Positions 1 to 7,661 of a stretch of 49,455 bases of DNA are shown here, piece by piece. Origin of the DNA: Anaerolineales bacterium (GTDB lineage: Bacteria; Chloroflexota; Anaerolineae; Anaerolineales; E44-bin32). A program made the translations under genes and the position numbers. The notes beneath the pieces are model-generated. The model was not told the DNA's origin. It saw only the letters and a program-made list of their open reading frames with translations, and ran no database searches. Each line of letters begins with the position of its first letter. Within the stretch, counting starts at the first letter, position 1. The stretch lies in assembly GCA_004376465.1 (NCBI GenBank), contig SOJU01000091.1, positions 1-49,455 of the forward strand, given 5' to 3'.

Positions 1-410
1 ATTTTAAAACTAAAGGCTCATCTTGCTGCTTTATTGATCACAAGTGACCATATAAATTTCTATTCCGATAAAACATACAATCAAATATTAATTATGAAGT
101 TCTAAATACAAGACTTCTTATTCCAATTAGCCGTATCAGACCACGCCTCCTCTCGAGCCTCCGATTACGAAGGCAATCATTTGCTCCATCGATGCATGGA
201 CCGAAGCAAGATATTCGCTTCTGTTCTCCAAGCGACAGAACATGAGCAACATTCGGTTAATGAGAGAGCCTGGATCATGGGATCCCCCAACTTAAGAAGC
301 TACTTCATTAATATATAGGATGAAATCGAACGGCGCTATCCTGCGGTGGTAATAGATCCTTCATAGGGGGAGATTCCAATATCATCAATTCTCGTATCCA
401 AGCCAATTGT

Positions 411-532
411 CCTCTAATGTCCCCATCAGGGTTCCAAGAAAGTGCTTCCGATAATGAGTATAATCGGCGCCCCTCTCCGAAGTGGCATCCCCAAAGTCCA
501 CCATCCTTCTAACTTCATCTGCATTTAGATAG
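411..532. repeat. Island direct-repeat copy A (att-like unit)
   Basis: Core gcttccgataatgagtataatcgg at 444-467 with arms CCGAT/ATCGG. The flanks (cctctaatgtccccatcagg..., ccaccatccttctaacttcat...) align by eye with copies B, C and E. Confidence 0.5.
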
Positions 533-606
533 CTAAAATACTTACCATTCAACATCGCCCCTTAACATGATGTAGACTTCTGGGATTCAAACCAATGATC
601 CGGGGA

Positions 607-652
607 TTGACAATGATCACTATTAGTGATAACTTGATCACCAGAGGTGATA
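607..652 (+). promoter_or_regulatory. Putative promoter plus tandem operator of the NTase/HEPN pair
   Basis: TTGACA (607-612), 17 nt spacer, TAACTT (630-635). Two copies of TGATCAC-N5-GTGATA (614-631 and 635-652) lie 21 bp apart and overlap the -10 box and the RBS GAGGTGAT. Confidence 0.5.
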
Positions 653-1255
653 GGAATGCCAGAGGTCGATCTCCAGCAGAATCCGCTCCTCGAGCGATTA
701 TTCTCCTCGCGGGTGCGGATTCGGTTGCTATCTCATTTTCTTTTACACCCCGAAGCGCGCGACCATATCCGAGCTCTCGCCTCGGAGGTAGGCGCGCAGT
801 ACAGTGCCGTTTGGAAAGAACTCAACAACCTAGAAGGAGCCGGCTTACTCCAGAGTGAAACCGTGGGAGGTAGAAAGATTTTCACCCTTAACTCACAATT
901 TCCAATCATTCCCGAACTCCGCAATATTCTCCTCAAGACAGTCGGAGCGGGTGATCTCGTACGCGAATCTCTGGAGGATTTCGAAGGGATCGAAGTGGCA
1001 TTCATCTTCGGGTCCTTTGCTAATGGAGAGCCGGATGTTTTCTCCGATCTGGATATCATGCTCATTGGCGATCTTGATGTAGCGCAGGTTACACCCGCCA
1101 TCGATGAAATGGAGAAGATGCTGTCGCGCGATGTCAATTACGTATCGTTCACACAAGAAGAGTGGGAATCCCGACTAGAGGACGGAGACTCTTTTGTCAC
1201 GAATGTCCGAGATGCGCCCAAGGTCATGCTGATAGGAACCCATGATGACATATGA
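647..1255 (+). CDS. wHTH (ArsR-like) domain fused to a minimal nucleotidyltransferase (MNT-type antitoxin candidate)
   Basis: 202-aa ORF. The N-terminal helix-rich region resembles a winged helix. It carries the NTase motif GSFANGEPDVFSDLDIMLIGD (GS...SDxD). The likelier start is ATG 656, 5 nt after GAGGTGAT. Confidence 0.7.
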   Translation: MIGMPEVDLQQNPLLERLFSSRVRIRLLSHFLLHPEARDHIRALASEVGAQYSAVWKELNNLEGAGLLQSETVGGRKIFTLNSQFPIIPELRNILLKTVGAGDLVRESLEDFEGIEVAFIFGSFANGEPDVFSDLDIMLIGDLDVAQVTPAIDEMEKMLSRDVNYVSFTQEEWESRLEDGDSFVTNVRDAPKVMLIGTHDDI

Positions 1256-1679
1256 GAGGCTTATCAAACAAGGTCTGATAAAAGCATACGACGCCAGCGA
1301 AAAGGAAATCCGAAGTCTTCTTGAAATCGCATCTAGGGATCTCTCGACTGCCGAGAATATGGTTAGCATCAATCCAGATTGGGCATACAACATTTCTTAC
1401 AACGCTATGCTCCAATCCTCGCGTGCACTTATGCTGCGGAAGGGATTCCGCCCCAGGGGGTCAAGTCAACATGCCACGGTCGTACAATTCGTAAAGCAGA
1501 CAATCGGAGAGGAACATCGAAACTTTGCAGCGCTCTTCGATCAGATGCGGCGTAAGCGGAATCGCCTGGTTTACGATGTGGCGAGCCTTGTCGGCAAGAA
1601 GGAATGTGAGGAAGCACTATCACTAGCTCATGAGTTTGTAGCGCTGCTTAATAACTTGATCAACCAAGAACAAAGTTAG
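1242..1679 (+). CDS. HEPN-domain protein (toxin candidate of the MNT/HEPN pair)
   Basis: 145-aa helical ORF overlapping the NTase gene by 14 nt, the classic MNT-HEPN arrangement. The canonical Rx4-6H motif is not obvious; the region reads RKRNRLVYD. Confidence 0.6.
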   Translation: MMTYERLIKQGLIKAYDASEKEIRSLLEIASRDLSTAENMVSINPDWAYNISYNAMLQSSRALMLRKGFRPRGSSQHATVVQFVKQTIGEEHRNFAALFDQMRRKRNRLVYDVASLVGKKECEEALSLAHEFVALLNNLINQEQS

Positions 1680-1757
1680 TCCTGCCCCCTTCCCCAGCCT
1701 CGAGTATCTATGTTGGCATTTGATACCTCAAGTTGATGACCATCAGTGTTGCTTCCG

Positions 1758-2022
1758 GTTGGATTGACAATCCCCTTCTAGCTCTCCATCAGGAGTACCA
1801 AGTCATTCGCTCGTTTTGTTTTTCATAGTGTCCGAGCGCTTCCGATAACGAGTAATATCGGATTGCCCACCAATCATCTACTCATTCTCCTGCCCCGCTA
1901 TCACTTTACATGAAAGCAATAATCCCTGAGAAGACCCCTAACTAAAATTCACTCGTCATGCTAAGATAGAACATGTGTTCTCTTTTGCAGTATAGAGCAT
2001 ATCGTTTATATGGAAACTCATC
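1758..2022. repeat. Island direct-repeat copy B (att-like unit plus integrase upstream region)
   Basis: Core TCCGATA-acgagtaa-TATCGGA at 1841-1862 with perfect 7-bp inverted arms. It is followed by ctactcattctcctgccccgctatcactttacatgaaagca, which is shared with copies C and E. Confidence 0.65.
1968..1981. promoter_or_regulatory. LexA/Cheo-box-like palindrome upstream of integrase 1
   Basis: AGAACATGTGTTCT fits GAAC-N4-GTTC. It lies 42 nt upstream of ATG 2023 and abuts a TAAGAT -10-like hexamer (1962-1967). Confidence 0.45.
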
Positions 2023-3015
2023 ATGAAGGGCGAGATGAAACAGTACGATGCATTATCACCGATAGATCTCCTCGAAAAGCTGCGCGCTTGGCTGATTATA
2101 GAAGTATCGCAGGGGGACCCCAGCCCAAACACACTTCGATCCTATATAGGAAGTGCGAAATCATATGTCCTGTGGTGTGAGACCTCGAGAATTAACTACA
2201 TCGCGGCGACAGACAGAGATCTGAAAAGGTATCGTGCTCATTTGGTCCAAAATAAATATCGACGAGGGACAGTCGCCACACGCCTTGCGGGCCTCAGGAG
2301 ACTCTATGCGGCTTTCGTGGATTGGGGTTGGCGGGAAGACAATCCCACCATTGGACTAAAAGCAAGAAAGGATCCCACCTCAAGATCCGAGAAGATCATA
2401 TCCAAATACATACCTGACAGGGAGGCCTTCCTAGATCTTTACACAATACCCGATGAGAACACGATCAATGGCAAACGCGATCGAGCAATCTTGAGAATTC
2501 TTTGCTATACAGGCATTCGGGTAGGTGAACTCTGCGCTCTGAATAATGAGGATCTATGGCTGGGTGAACTCCCCACCCTCACTATTCGAGCCGGTAAGGG
2601 TCGCAAGCGCCGGCATATCCCCTTAGGAGAGAACGATGCCATTGTTCTGCAAGATTGGCTGGGGCTGCGAAGCACCATAGGAGGCTCTGATGCCGAAACC
2701 TTGTTTATTTCACTCGATCACAGAGCAAGAGGAAGTAGGCTTTCAACTAGGGGGGCTCGTAATATTGTGAATAAATATCTAAGAGAGGCAGGTATCAAGA
2801 AACCAGGACGTTCCTGTCACGCCTTACGCCATTCGACCGCAACATGGCTGTTGGAAGCTGGTGTCCCTATGCAGGCGATAGCCGATCTCCTCGGCCATTC
2901 TTCTGTTGATGTCACGGCAATATATGCGCGAGTTGTTGATCATCGAAAATATACACCGGGGGAAGTTCTCTCAAAGGTCATCCGAGAGGCACTTATCCGA
3001 TATCACCGAATCTAA
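2023..3015 (+). CDS. Tyrosine recombinase/integrase, paralog 1
   Basis: 330 aa. It has an N-terminal SAM-like core-binding domain. Catalytic elements are TGIRVGEL (Arg), HALRHSTATWL (HxxR) and LGHSSVDVTAIYARV (His/Tyr). Confidence 0.9.
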   Translation: MKGEMKQYDALSPIDLLEKLRAWLIIEVSQGDPSPNTLRSYIGSAKSYVLWCETSRINYIAATDRDLKRYRAHLVQNKYRRGTVATRLAGLRRLYAAFVDWGWREDNPTIGLKARKDPTSRSEKIISKYIPDREAFLDLYTIPDENTINGKRDRAILRILCYTGIRVGELCALNNEDLWLGELPTLTIRAGKGRKRRHIPLGENDAIVLQDWLGLRSTIGGSDAETLFISLDHRARGSRLSTRGARNIVNKYLREAGIKKPGRSCHALRHSTATWLLEAGVPMQAIADLLGHSSVDVTAIYARVVDHRKYTPGEVLSKVIREALIRYHRI

Positions 3016-3056
3016 CACACTAGCCTGCATCATTTGAAGTGTAGATCACAAAAGCA

Positions 3057-3311
3057 GTTGGATTCAGGCAGCTTTTCTTCTAAATCAGCGGTCCGTCCAT
3101 TATGTTTTTTTGCCCATTAGCTTCCGTTTATGGGCATAATAGGAATGCCTGCCCATCCTCTACTCATTCTCCTGTCTCGCTATCACTTTACATGAAAGCA
3201 AAGCCCCAATAATCTCTGAGAAGACCCCTAACTAATACCCATTCGTCGTGCTAAGATAGAACAAGTGTTCTCTTCTGCGGTCAAAGGCTAATCTTTAAAA
3301 GGAAACTCATT
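3057..3311. repeat. Island direct-repeat copy C (att-like unit plus integrase upstream region)
   Basis: Core gcttccgtttatgggcataatagg at 3120-3143, followed by aatgcctgcccatcctctactcattctcctgtctcgctatcactttacatgaaagca. It lies 1282 bp from the copy B core. Confidence 0.65.
3258..3271. promoter_or_regulatory. LexA/Cheo-box-like palindrome upstream of integrase 2
   Basis: AGAACAAGTGTTCT fits GAAC-N4-GTTC. It lies 41 nt upstream of ATG 3312, at the same relative position as in copy B. Confidence 0.45.
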
Positions 3312-4313
3312 ATGAAAGGCGAGAGAAAACAGCACAAGTCATTATCGGCGATAGATCTCATTGAGAGGCTGCACACCTGGCTGATTATGGAAGTCTCACA
3401 GGGCGATCCCAGCCGTAACACCCTTCGATCTTATCTGGGCAGTACAAAATCATACCTCTTATGGTGCGAGGCCTCGGGTATTAACTTCGTTGCAGCGACG
3501 GATTTTGATCTGAAAAGATATCGTGCTCACTTAGTTCAAAGTAAATACCGGCCCGGGACAATTTCAACATACCTTGCAGGCGTCAAGCGACTATATGAGG
3601 CGCTCGTTGATTGGGGTTGGCGGAGAGACAATCCTGCCAATGAATTAAAAGCAAGGAAGGATCTCACCTCAAGATCTGAGAGGATCATATCCAAATATAT
3701 ACCCGACCGGGATACCTTCCTGGATTTATATAAAATACCTGAGGAGAACTCGATCATGGGCAAACGCGATCGAGCAATCTTGCGCATTCTTTGCTATACA
3801 GGCATTCGGGTGAGTGAACTTTGTGCTTTGAATCAGGATGACCTACAGCTTGGCAAGCTCCCCACCCTTACAATACGTGCCGGAAAAGGTCGCAAACGCC
3901 GGCATATCCCTCTAGGAGAGATCGATGCCGATGTTCTGAAAGACTGGCTGGATCTACGCAGTGCATTCGAGGGGCCAGATAATGAGACTTTACTAATCTC
4001 GCTTGATCATAGGACCAGGGGAACCCGACTTTCCACTCGAGGTGCTCGAAATATTGTGAATAAATATTTAGAAATTGCAGGGATAAAGAAACCCGGGCGT
4101 TCTTGTCATGCATTGCGCCATTCCACCGCTACATGGCTGTTGGAAGCGGGCGTGCCCATGCAAGCGATAGCGGATCTACTCGGCCATTCATCAGTTGATG
4201 TGACAGCGATCTACGCCCGTGTCGTTGATCACCGGAAATACACCCCAGGGGATGTGCTATCAAGGGCAATCAGAGAGGCACTTATCCAATACCAAACGAA
4301 TCTAGCACACTAA
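3312..4313 (+). CDS. Tyrosine recombinase/integrase, paralog 2
   Basis: 333 aa, about 80% identical to paralog 1 by manual alignment. The catalytic C-terminal ~50 aa are identical despite about 27 silent nucleotide differences. Confidence 0.9.
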   Translation: MKGERKQHKSLSAIDLIERLHTWLIMEVSQGDPSRNTLRSYLGSTKSYLLWCEASGINFVAATDFDLKRYRAHLVQSKYRPGTISTYLAGVKRLYEALVDWGWRRDNPANELKARKDLTSRSERIISKYIPDRDTFLDLYKIPEENSIMGKRDRAILRILCYTGIRVSELCALNQDDLQLGKLPTLTIRAGKGRKRRHIPLGEIDADVLKDWLDLRSAFEGPDNETLLISLDHRTRGTRLSTRGARNIVNKYLEIAGIKKPGRSCHALRHSTATWLLEAGVPMQAIADLLGHSSVDVTAIYARVVDHRKYTPGDVLSRAIREALIQYQTNLAH

Positions 4314-4334
4314 CAGGTAGAGTTCTAATAAACA

Positions 4335-4425
4335 CTTGGATAAAGGCAATCCATTCTCCTAAATCGGCAGCCCTTCATTTTAAATATCTTGCTCCCTAGC
4401 TTCCGTTTGGTAGAACTATCGGAAC
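4335..4425. repeat. Island direct-repeat copy D (att-like unit, left part only)
   Basis: Core gcttccgtttggtagaactatcgg at 4399-4422, 1279 bp from the copy C core. The upstream hairpin TGGATaaaggcaATCCA is homologous to those in B and C. Confidence 0.55.
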
Positions 4426-4574
4426 CAAACTTTATGGGAAGAAGGACATATAAACAAGCTGAAGAATATTGCTCTTTTGATTCCAGTATTGGGGAATACC
4501 GGTACCTGGTTCTCCCAGACAACACCGAAAAGTCGGACACATTTCACTTATCGCGTGTGTTTGACCAATACGAT

Positions 4575-5990
4575 TCACTCAGCAGTGATAGATGCTGACG
4601 TCATATCCTTCATTCCAAACAAAGAAACACCTTCATTTTTTGCCTTGTCTTCGAGCGCAGGCGTGTATCCTGAACGAGAGAACAATACATAGCGGATATC
4701 CTGCAGTCCCATGCTCTCGATGATTGGGTTTGATTTCCGCATGAGATCATCAAGAATATTCGTTCCTACTCGACGGTTTGTCCACTTACACTCCCCAAAG
4801 AGTGCTGTATCGTCGTTGTACGCCAGTATATCGATTTCTTCATTCCTGTCCCACCAGGACCCCATCCGGTCCGGCGCAAAAGGCAAGTTTGCCGTTCCAA
4901 CATGCTCCATTAACCAATTTCTACAAATATCCTCAAAGACTGGGCCCATGAATGCGGTAAATTCTGATTTAACTTCGTCTAACACAGGCTTCAAATAACC
5001 TCGCTCTAAAAACGTCTGGTTCGGTGCGACAAATCTGAACCAGAACCGTAAAAATGGATCTTTGATACGATATATGCCTTTCCGGCTTTTCTCCGGTCTG
5101 CGTTCTGTGCCTGGCACAGTGCGCTCTACCAGGTACAGATCCTGAAGCACTGCAAGATATTTGGACACCGCTTGCCGCTCAAGTCCAGCAGTTTGAACAA
5201 TCTCATTAAGTTTCGTGCGCCCATGTGCTATTGCTTGAAGTATCGCGAAGTAATTACGAGGCTCGCGCAATTCCTCACGCAAGAGAAATTGTGGTTCGAG
5301 ATAGAGAAAACTTCCCTGCCTAAGGATCTGGCGTTCTATGTTCTTAGTCAATGTATCTCGATCATCAAACTGATTAAGGTATGCAGGTATGCCGCCCAGT
5401 ATTCCATAAGCTTCTATCTGATTTTTTATACTGTACCGTTTAAAGAAAGATGCAGTAGCCCTAAACGAAAGTGGAGCCAGATGGATTTGTCCTGTCCGGC
5501 GGCCATAAAGCGGCGCTCGATATGCTAATACTTCACGTTCCATCATCCCAATCTGTGATCCACACAGAATTAACATGAGTTTCGTTTGCTGCAGATCTTT
5601 GTCCCACACATTTTGCATTACGGACGAAACGCTCGCGTCAGTGTTAACCAGATAAGGGAATTCGTCTATGACAACAACGAGGCGCTGATTAGACGAAGTC
5701 TCGGCAAGTGCTCTAAAGGCATGCTCCCAACTCTCGTATGTAAAACCGGGCCCGTTACCACCCTCATGAGTGAATTGCCACAACTCCTGCGTAATTCCGC
5801 GCCGTAAAATTGCATCCGAACTGAGACTTGCCGTCCAAAAAATGCTCGACCTGCTCTCGCAAAATGTCTGCAGCAAGGCCGTCTTCCCCACCCTGCGGCG
5901 GCCGTACACCACTATGAACTCCGCTTTATCAGACCCCCACGCGTCTTCCAAGACAGCCAATTCCTGTTCCCGATTAATAAACATCGCCAT
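4575..5990 (-). CDS. AAA-type ATPase of the archaeal-ATPase/DUF234 family
   Basis: 471 aa. Walker A is YGRRRVGKTALL and Walker B is LVVVIDEFPYL. The C-terminal region resembles the DUF234/wHTH tail typical of this family. Confidence 0.75.
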   Translation of the reverse strand: MAMFINREQELAVLEDAWGSDKAEFIVVYGRRRVGKTALLQTFCESRSSIFWTASLSSDAILRRGITQELWQFTHEGGNGPGFTYESWEHAFRALAETSSNQRLVVVIDEFPYLVNTDASVSSVMQNVWDKDLQQTKLMLILCGSQIGMMEREVLAYRAPLYGRRTGQIHLAPLSFRATASFFKRYSIKNQIEAYGILGGIPAYLNQFDDRDTLTKNIERQILRQGSFLYLEPQFLLREELREPRNYFAILQAIAHGRTKLNEIVQTAGLERQAVSKYLAVLQDLYLVERTVPGTERRPEKSRKGIYRIKDPFLRFWFRFVAPNQTFLERGYLKPVLDEVKSEFTAFMGPVFEDICRNWLMEHVGTANLPFAPDRMGSWWDRNEEIDILAYNDDTALFGECKWTNRRVGTNILDDLMRKSNPIIESMGLQDIRYVLFSRSGYTPALEDKAKNEGVSLFGMKDMTSASITAE

Positions 5991-6011
5991 CCTCTTTTTT
6001 GTCTACTTCAT

Positions 6012-6037
6012 ATTAGTCTATTCTTGATTAGACTAAT
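6012..6037. promoter_or_regulatory. Perfect 9-bp inverted repeat upstream of the ATPase gene
   Basis: ATTAGTCTA-ttcttgat-TAGACTAAT, 22-47 nt upstream of the minus-strand start at 5990. It has operator-like geometry. Confidence 0.4.
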
Positions 6038-6140
6038 TTTAGCACAAAATTTGTTTGAATAAAACTCAATAAAGTTAATTCTTATTGGGTCTTGGGAGAA
6101 TTGAGGTTTCGTTTTACGCGAGGGGAGCGCCCAAAATCTG

Positions 6141-6240
6141 ACCTCCCCGTCATCTTTTAGCTGCTGATATTGAGCATTAATCGGAATGCCTGCCTATCCT
6201 CTCCCCATTCTCTTGTTTCGCTGTCACTTTACATGAAGGA
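6141..6240. repeat. Island direct-repeat copy E (att-like unit)
   Basis: Core gctgctgatattgagcattaatcgg at 6160-6184, followed by aatgcctgcctatcctctccccattctcttgtttcgctgtcactttacatgaagg, which is near-identical to copy C. No integrase follows. Confidence 0.6.
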
Positions 6241-7105
6241 AAAACCCTACCTCTGATAAAGGAACTCCTCAAGGGAAGCAAAACGCCAAGCTCTCTACTT
6301 CATTTCTTGATGGCATTAAAGAAACGGTCGAAACAGAGGCGAGAGCAGCCTAGATTTAACGGCGGTTTATCGGCGCTTTAATGGCGGAAATGATATAATA
6401 TGGGTATGACTTATAAATTTGAATTGACACCCTCAATTGTGCGTTATCTACAGATAATTGAACGTGTGCGAGAAACGGTGCGCCTGACCATGCTGCCACC
6501 CTGTGATGGCCGAAAATAGTCATCCGTCCTAAAAAATGTGCTTGAACATACTCTAAGCGGTACAATCACGGTCTTGAATTCATGACAGGGAAGGCAGACC
6601 GTGATTTCATCTCTTCGCCAATGCTCCGAATACATCTTGAATGCCGTCGCACAGCACTGTGCTGGCTACTTAACTCATCCATCCAATCTTTCGGTACGTA
6701 TGCGAATCTGTTGACTTCATCCGAATGGGATACCATACTGCCCGATCTTCTACTTCCTCGATATTGGACAGAATATATTTAAAGACATCCTAGTTTATTG
6801 GAAACCCATACTCGGGGATATAACTGAGCAAGGAAACCATTGATCTATTTATCGGGATTAACGATAGGTGATATGCCACCTACCCTTCGACTGTCCACCC
6901 CTGCAAAGCGTTCCCATTGACGAAACAGGTACGCCTAAAATCATGGACGAGCTGGTTACTCCGATCATAGCAGAACTACCAAGCAATGAAATTCCCGATG
7001 ATAAACTGCACCAATCTGCACCAGAAAATGCAAACCTGCCTAATAGACAGGTCCGGAAAGAATAATGATTGGGTGGTTTTATGTGTAATCGGTCCTAGAA
7101 TAAGG

Positions 7106-7178
7106 CGCCCCCGGTGCGATTCGAACGCACAGCCTACGGATTAGAAGTCCGGTGCTCTGTCCATTGAGCTACGGGGGC
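7106..7178 (-). tRNA. tRNA-Arg (anticodon TCT)
   Basis: The 73-nt reverse complement folds as a cloverleaf. The acceptor is GCCCCCG/CGGGGGC, the D stem GCTC/GAGC, the anticodon loop CTTCTAA and the T arm GTGCG-TTCGAAT-CGCAC. Its 3' end faces the island. Confidence 0.9.
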
Positions 7179-7211
7179 AGAATTCAATTGTATTGCAAAG
7201 CTCGACGGGGA

Positions 7212-7661
7212 TCAATCCTCAAGCAGAGGTCTAATTCCTTTATATACTCTCCCACCAGAGAGCATACGCAGGATCGTCCGTGCGGGGCGGTTAAGGGTTT
7301 CATCCAACTCTTCGGGCGTGAGGGGTAAGTTTCCGTTCGATAAGAACACGCGGAAAATAGCGTTTACCAAGGTCGTCTGCGGTGTCAAATAATCCGGTTG
7401 TAAAGCGCAGTGAGAAATCAGCGTATGTTGAATTCCAAGGACTCGGGTGACCTCCGCTGTTTTTGGATTCACACTGTCAACCAGCGTATCGGCTTCGACA
7501 TCCGCATACACTTCCTGATGCTCCGGGCAGAGATGACTGCGAAGATAAATATTCAGATCCCGGTCCGCACGGTCCCAATACTCAAAATCAATATGATATT
7601 TAGTATCCAATGTTTGTCGAGTGAGGATGGAGGATGCTTGTTTTGTCACGACGAACCCCAT
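7212..7661 (-). CDS. Hypothetical protein (149 aa), coupled to the upstream 531-aa gene
   Basis: Clean ORF overlapping the upstream gene by 16 nt. No motif recognised. Confidence 0.55.
   Translation of the reverse strand: MGFVVTKQASSILTRQTLDTKYHIDFEYWDRADRDLNIYLRSHLCPEHQEVYADVEADTLVDSVNPKTAEVTRVLGIQHTLISHCALQPDYLTPQTTLVNAIFRVFLSNGNLPLTPEELDETLNRPARTILRMLSGGRVYKGIRPLLED

Noticed and set aside
463-470. 8-nt match (GGCGCCCC) between repeat copy A and the 3' end of tRNA-Arg (7104-7111), as a possible att duplication.
   Set aside because: The similarity stops after 8 nt. A match of this length is plausible by chance over 7 kb, so it is insufficient to define an island boundary.
130-560. Broken minus-strand reading frames at the window start, e.g. 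MLNGKYFSYLNADEVRRMVDFGDATSERGADYTHYRKHFLGTLMGTLEDNWLGYEN* and ...LENRSEYLASVHASMEQMIAFVIGGSRGGVV*.
   Set aside because: They are interrupted by stops and frameshifts and none reaches 60 aa. I recognise no family. Part of the region is simply repeat copy A. It may be a pseudogene but I cannot support that.
3010-3063. Integron attC-like signature ATCTAAC...GTTGGAT (RYYYAAC/GTTRRRY) after integrase 1.
   Set aside because: Only copy C shows both halves. Copy D reads ATCTAGC...CTTGGAT, and copy B has GTTGGAT without a matching R''. GTTRRRY is expected by chance several times in 7 kb. The integrases show no recognisable IntI-specific insertion. I keep it as a caveat and do not call it.
411-6240. 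Could the island repeats be a CRISPR array or MITE cluster?
   Set aside because: The units are 90-260 bp, imperfect, and spaced 1.3-1.8 kb apart with full genes between them. That rules out CRISPR geometry. MITE status cannot be excluded without genome-wide copy counts, but the strict direct orientation and one-per-module spacing argue for recombination sites.
6409-6790. Fic-like N-terminal fragment and downstream frames.
   Set aside because: The resemblance is limited to a helical LTPxI...L..IE...pattern. No HPFx[D/E]GNGR core motif is visible in any frame. It is too weak to annotate.
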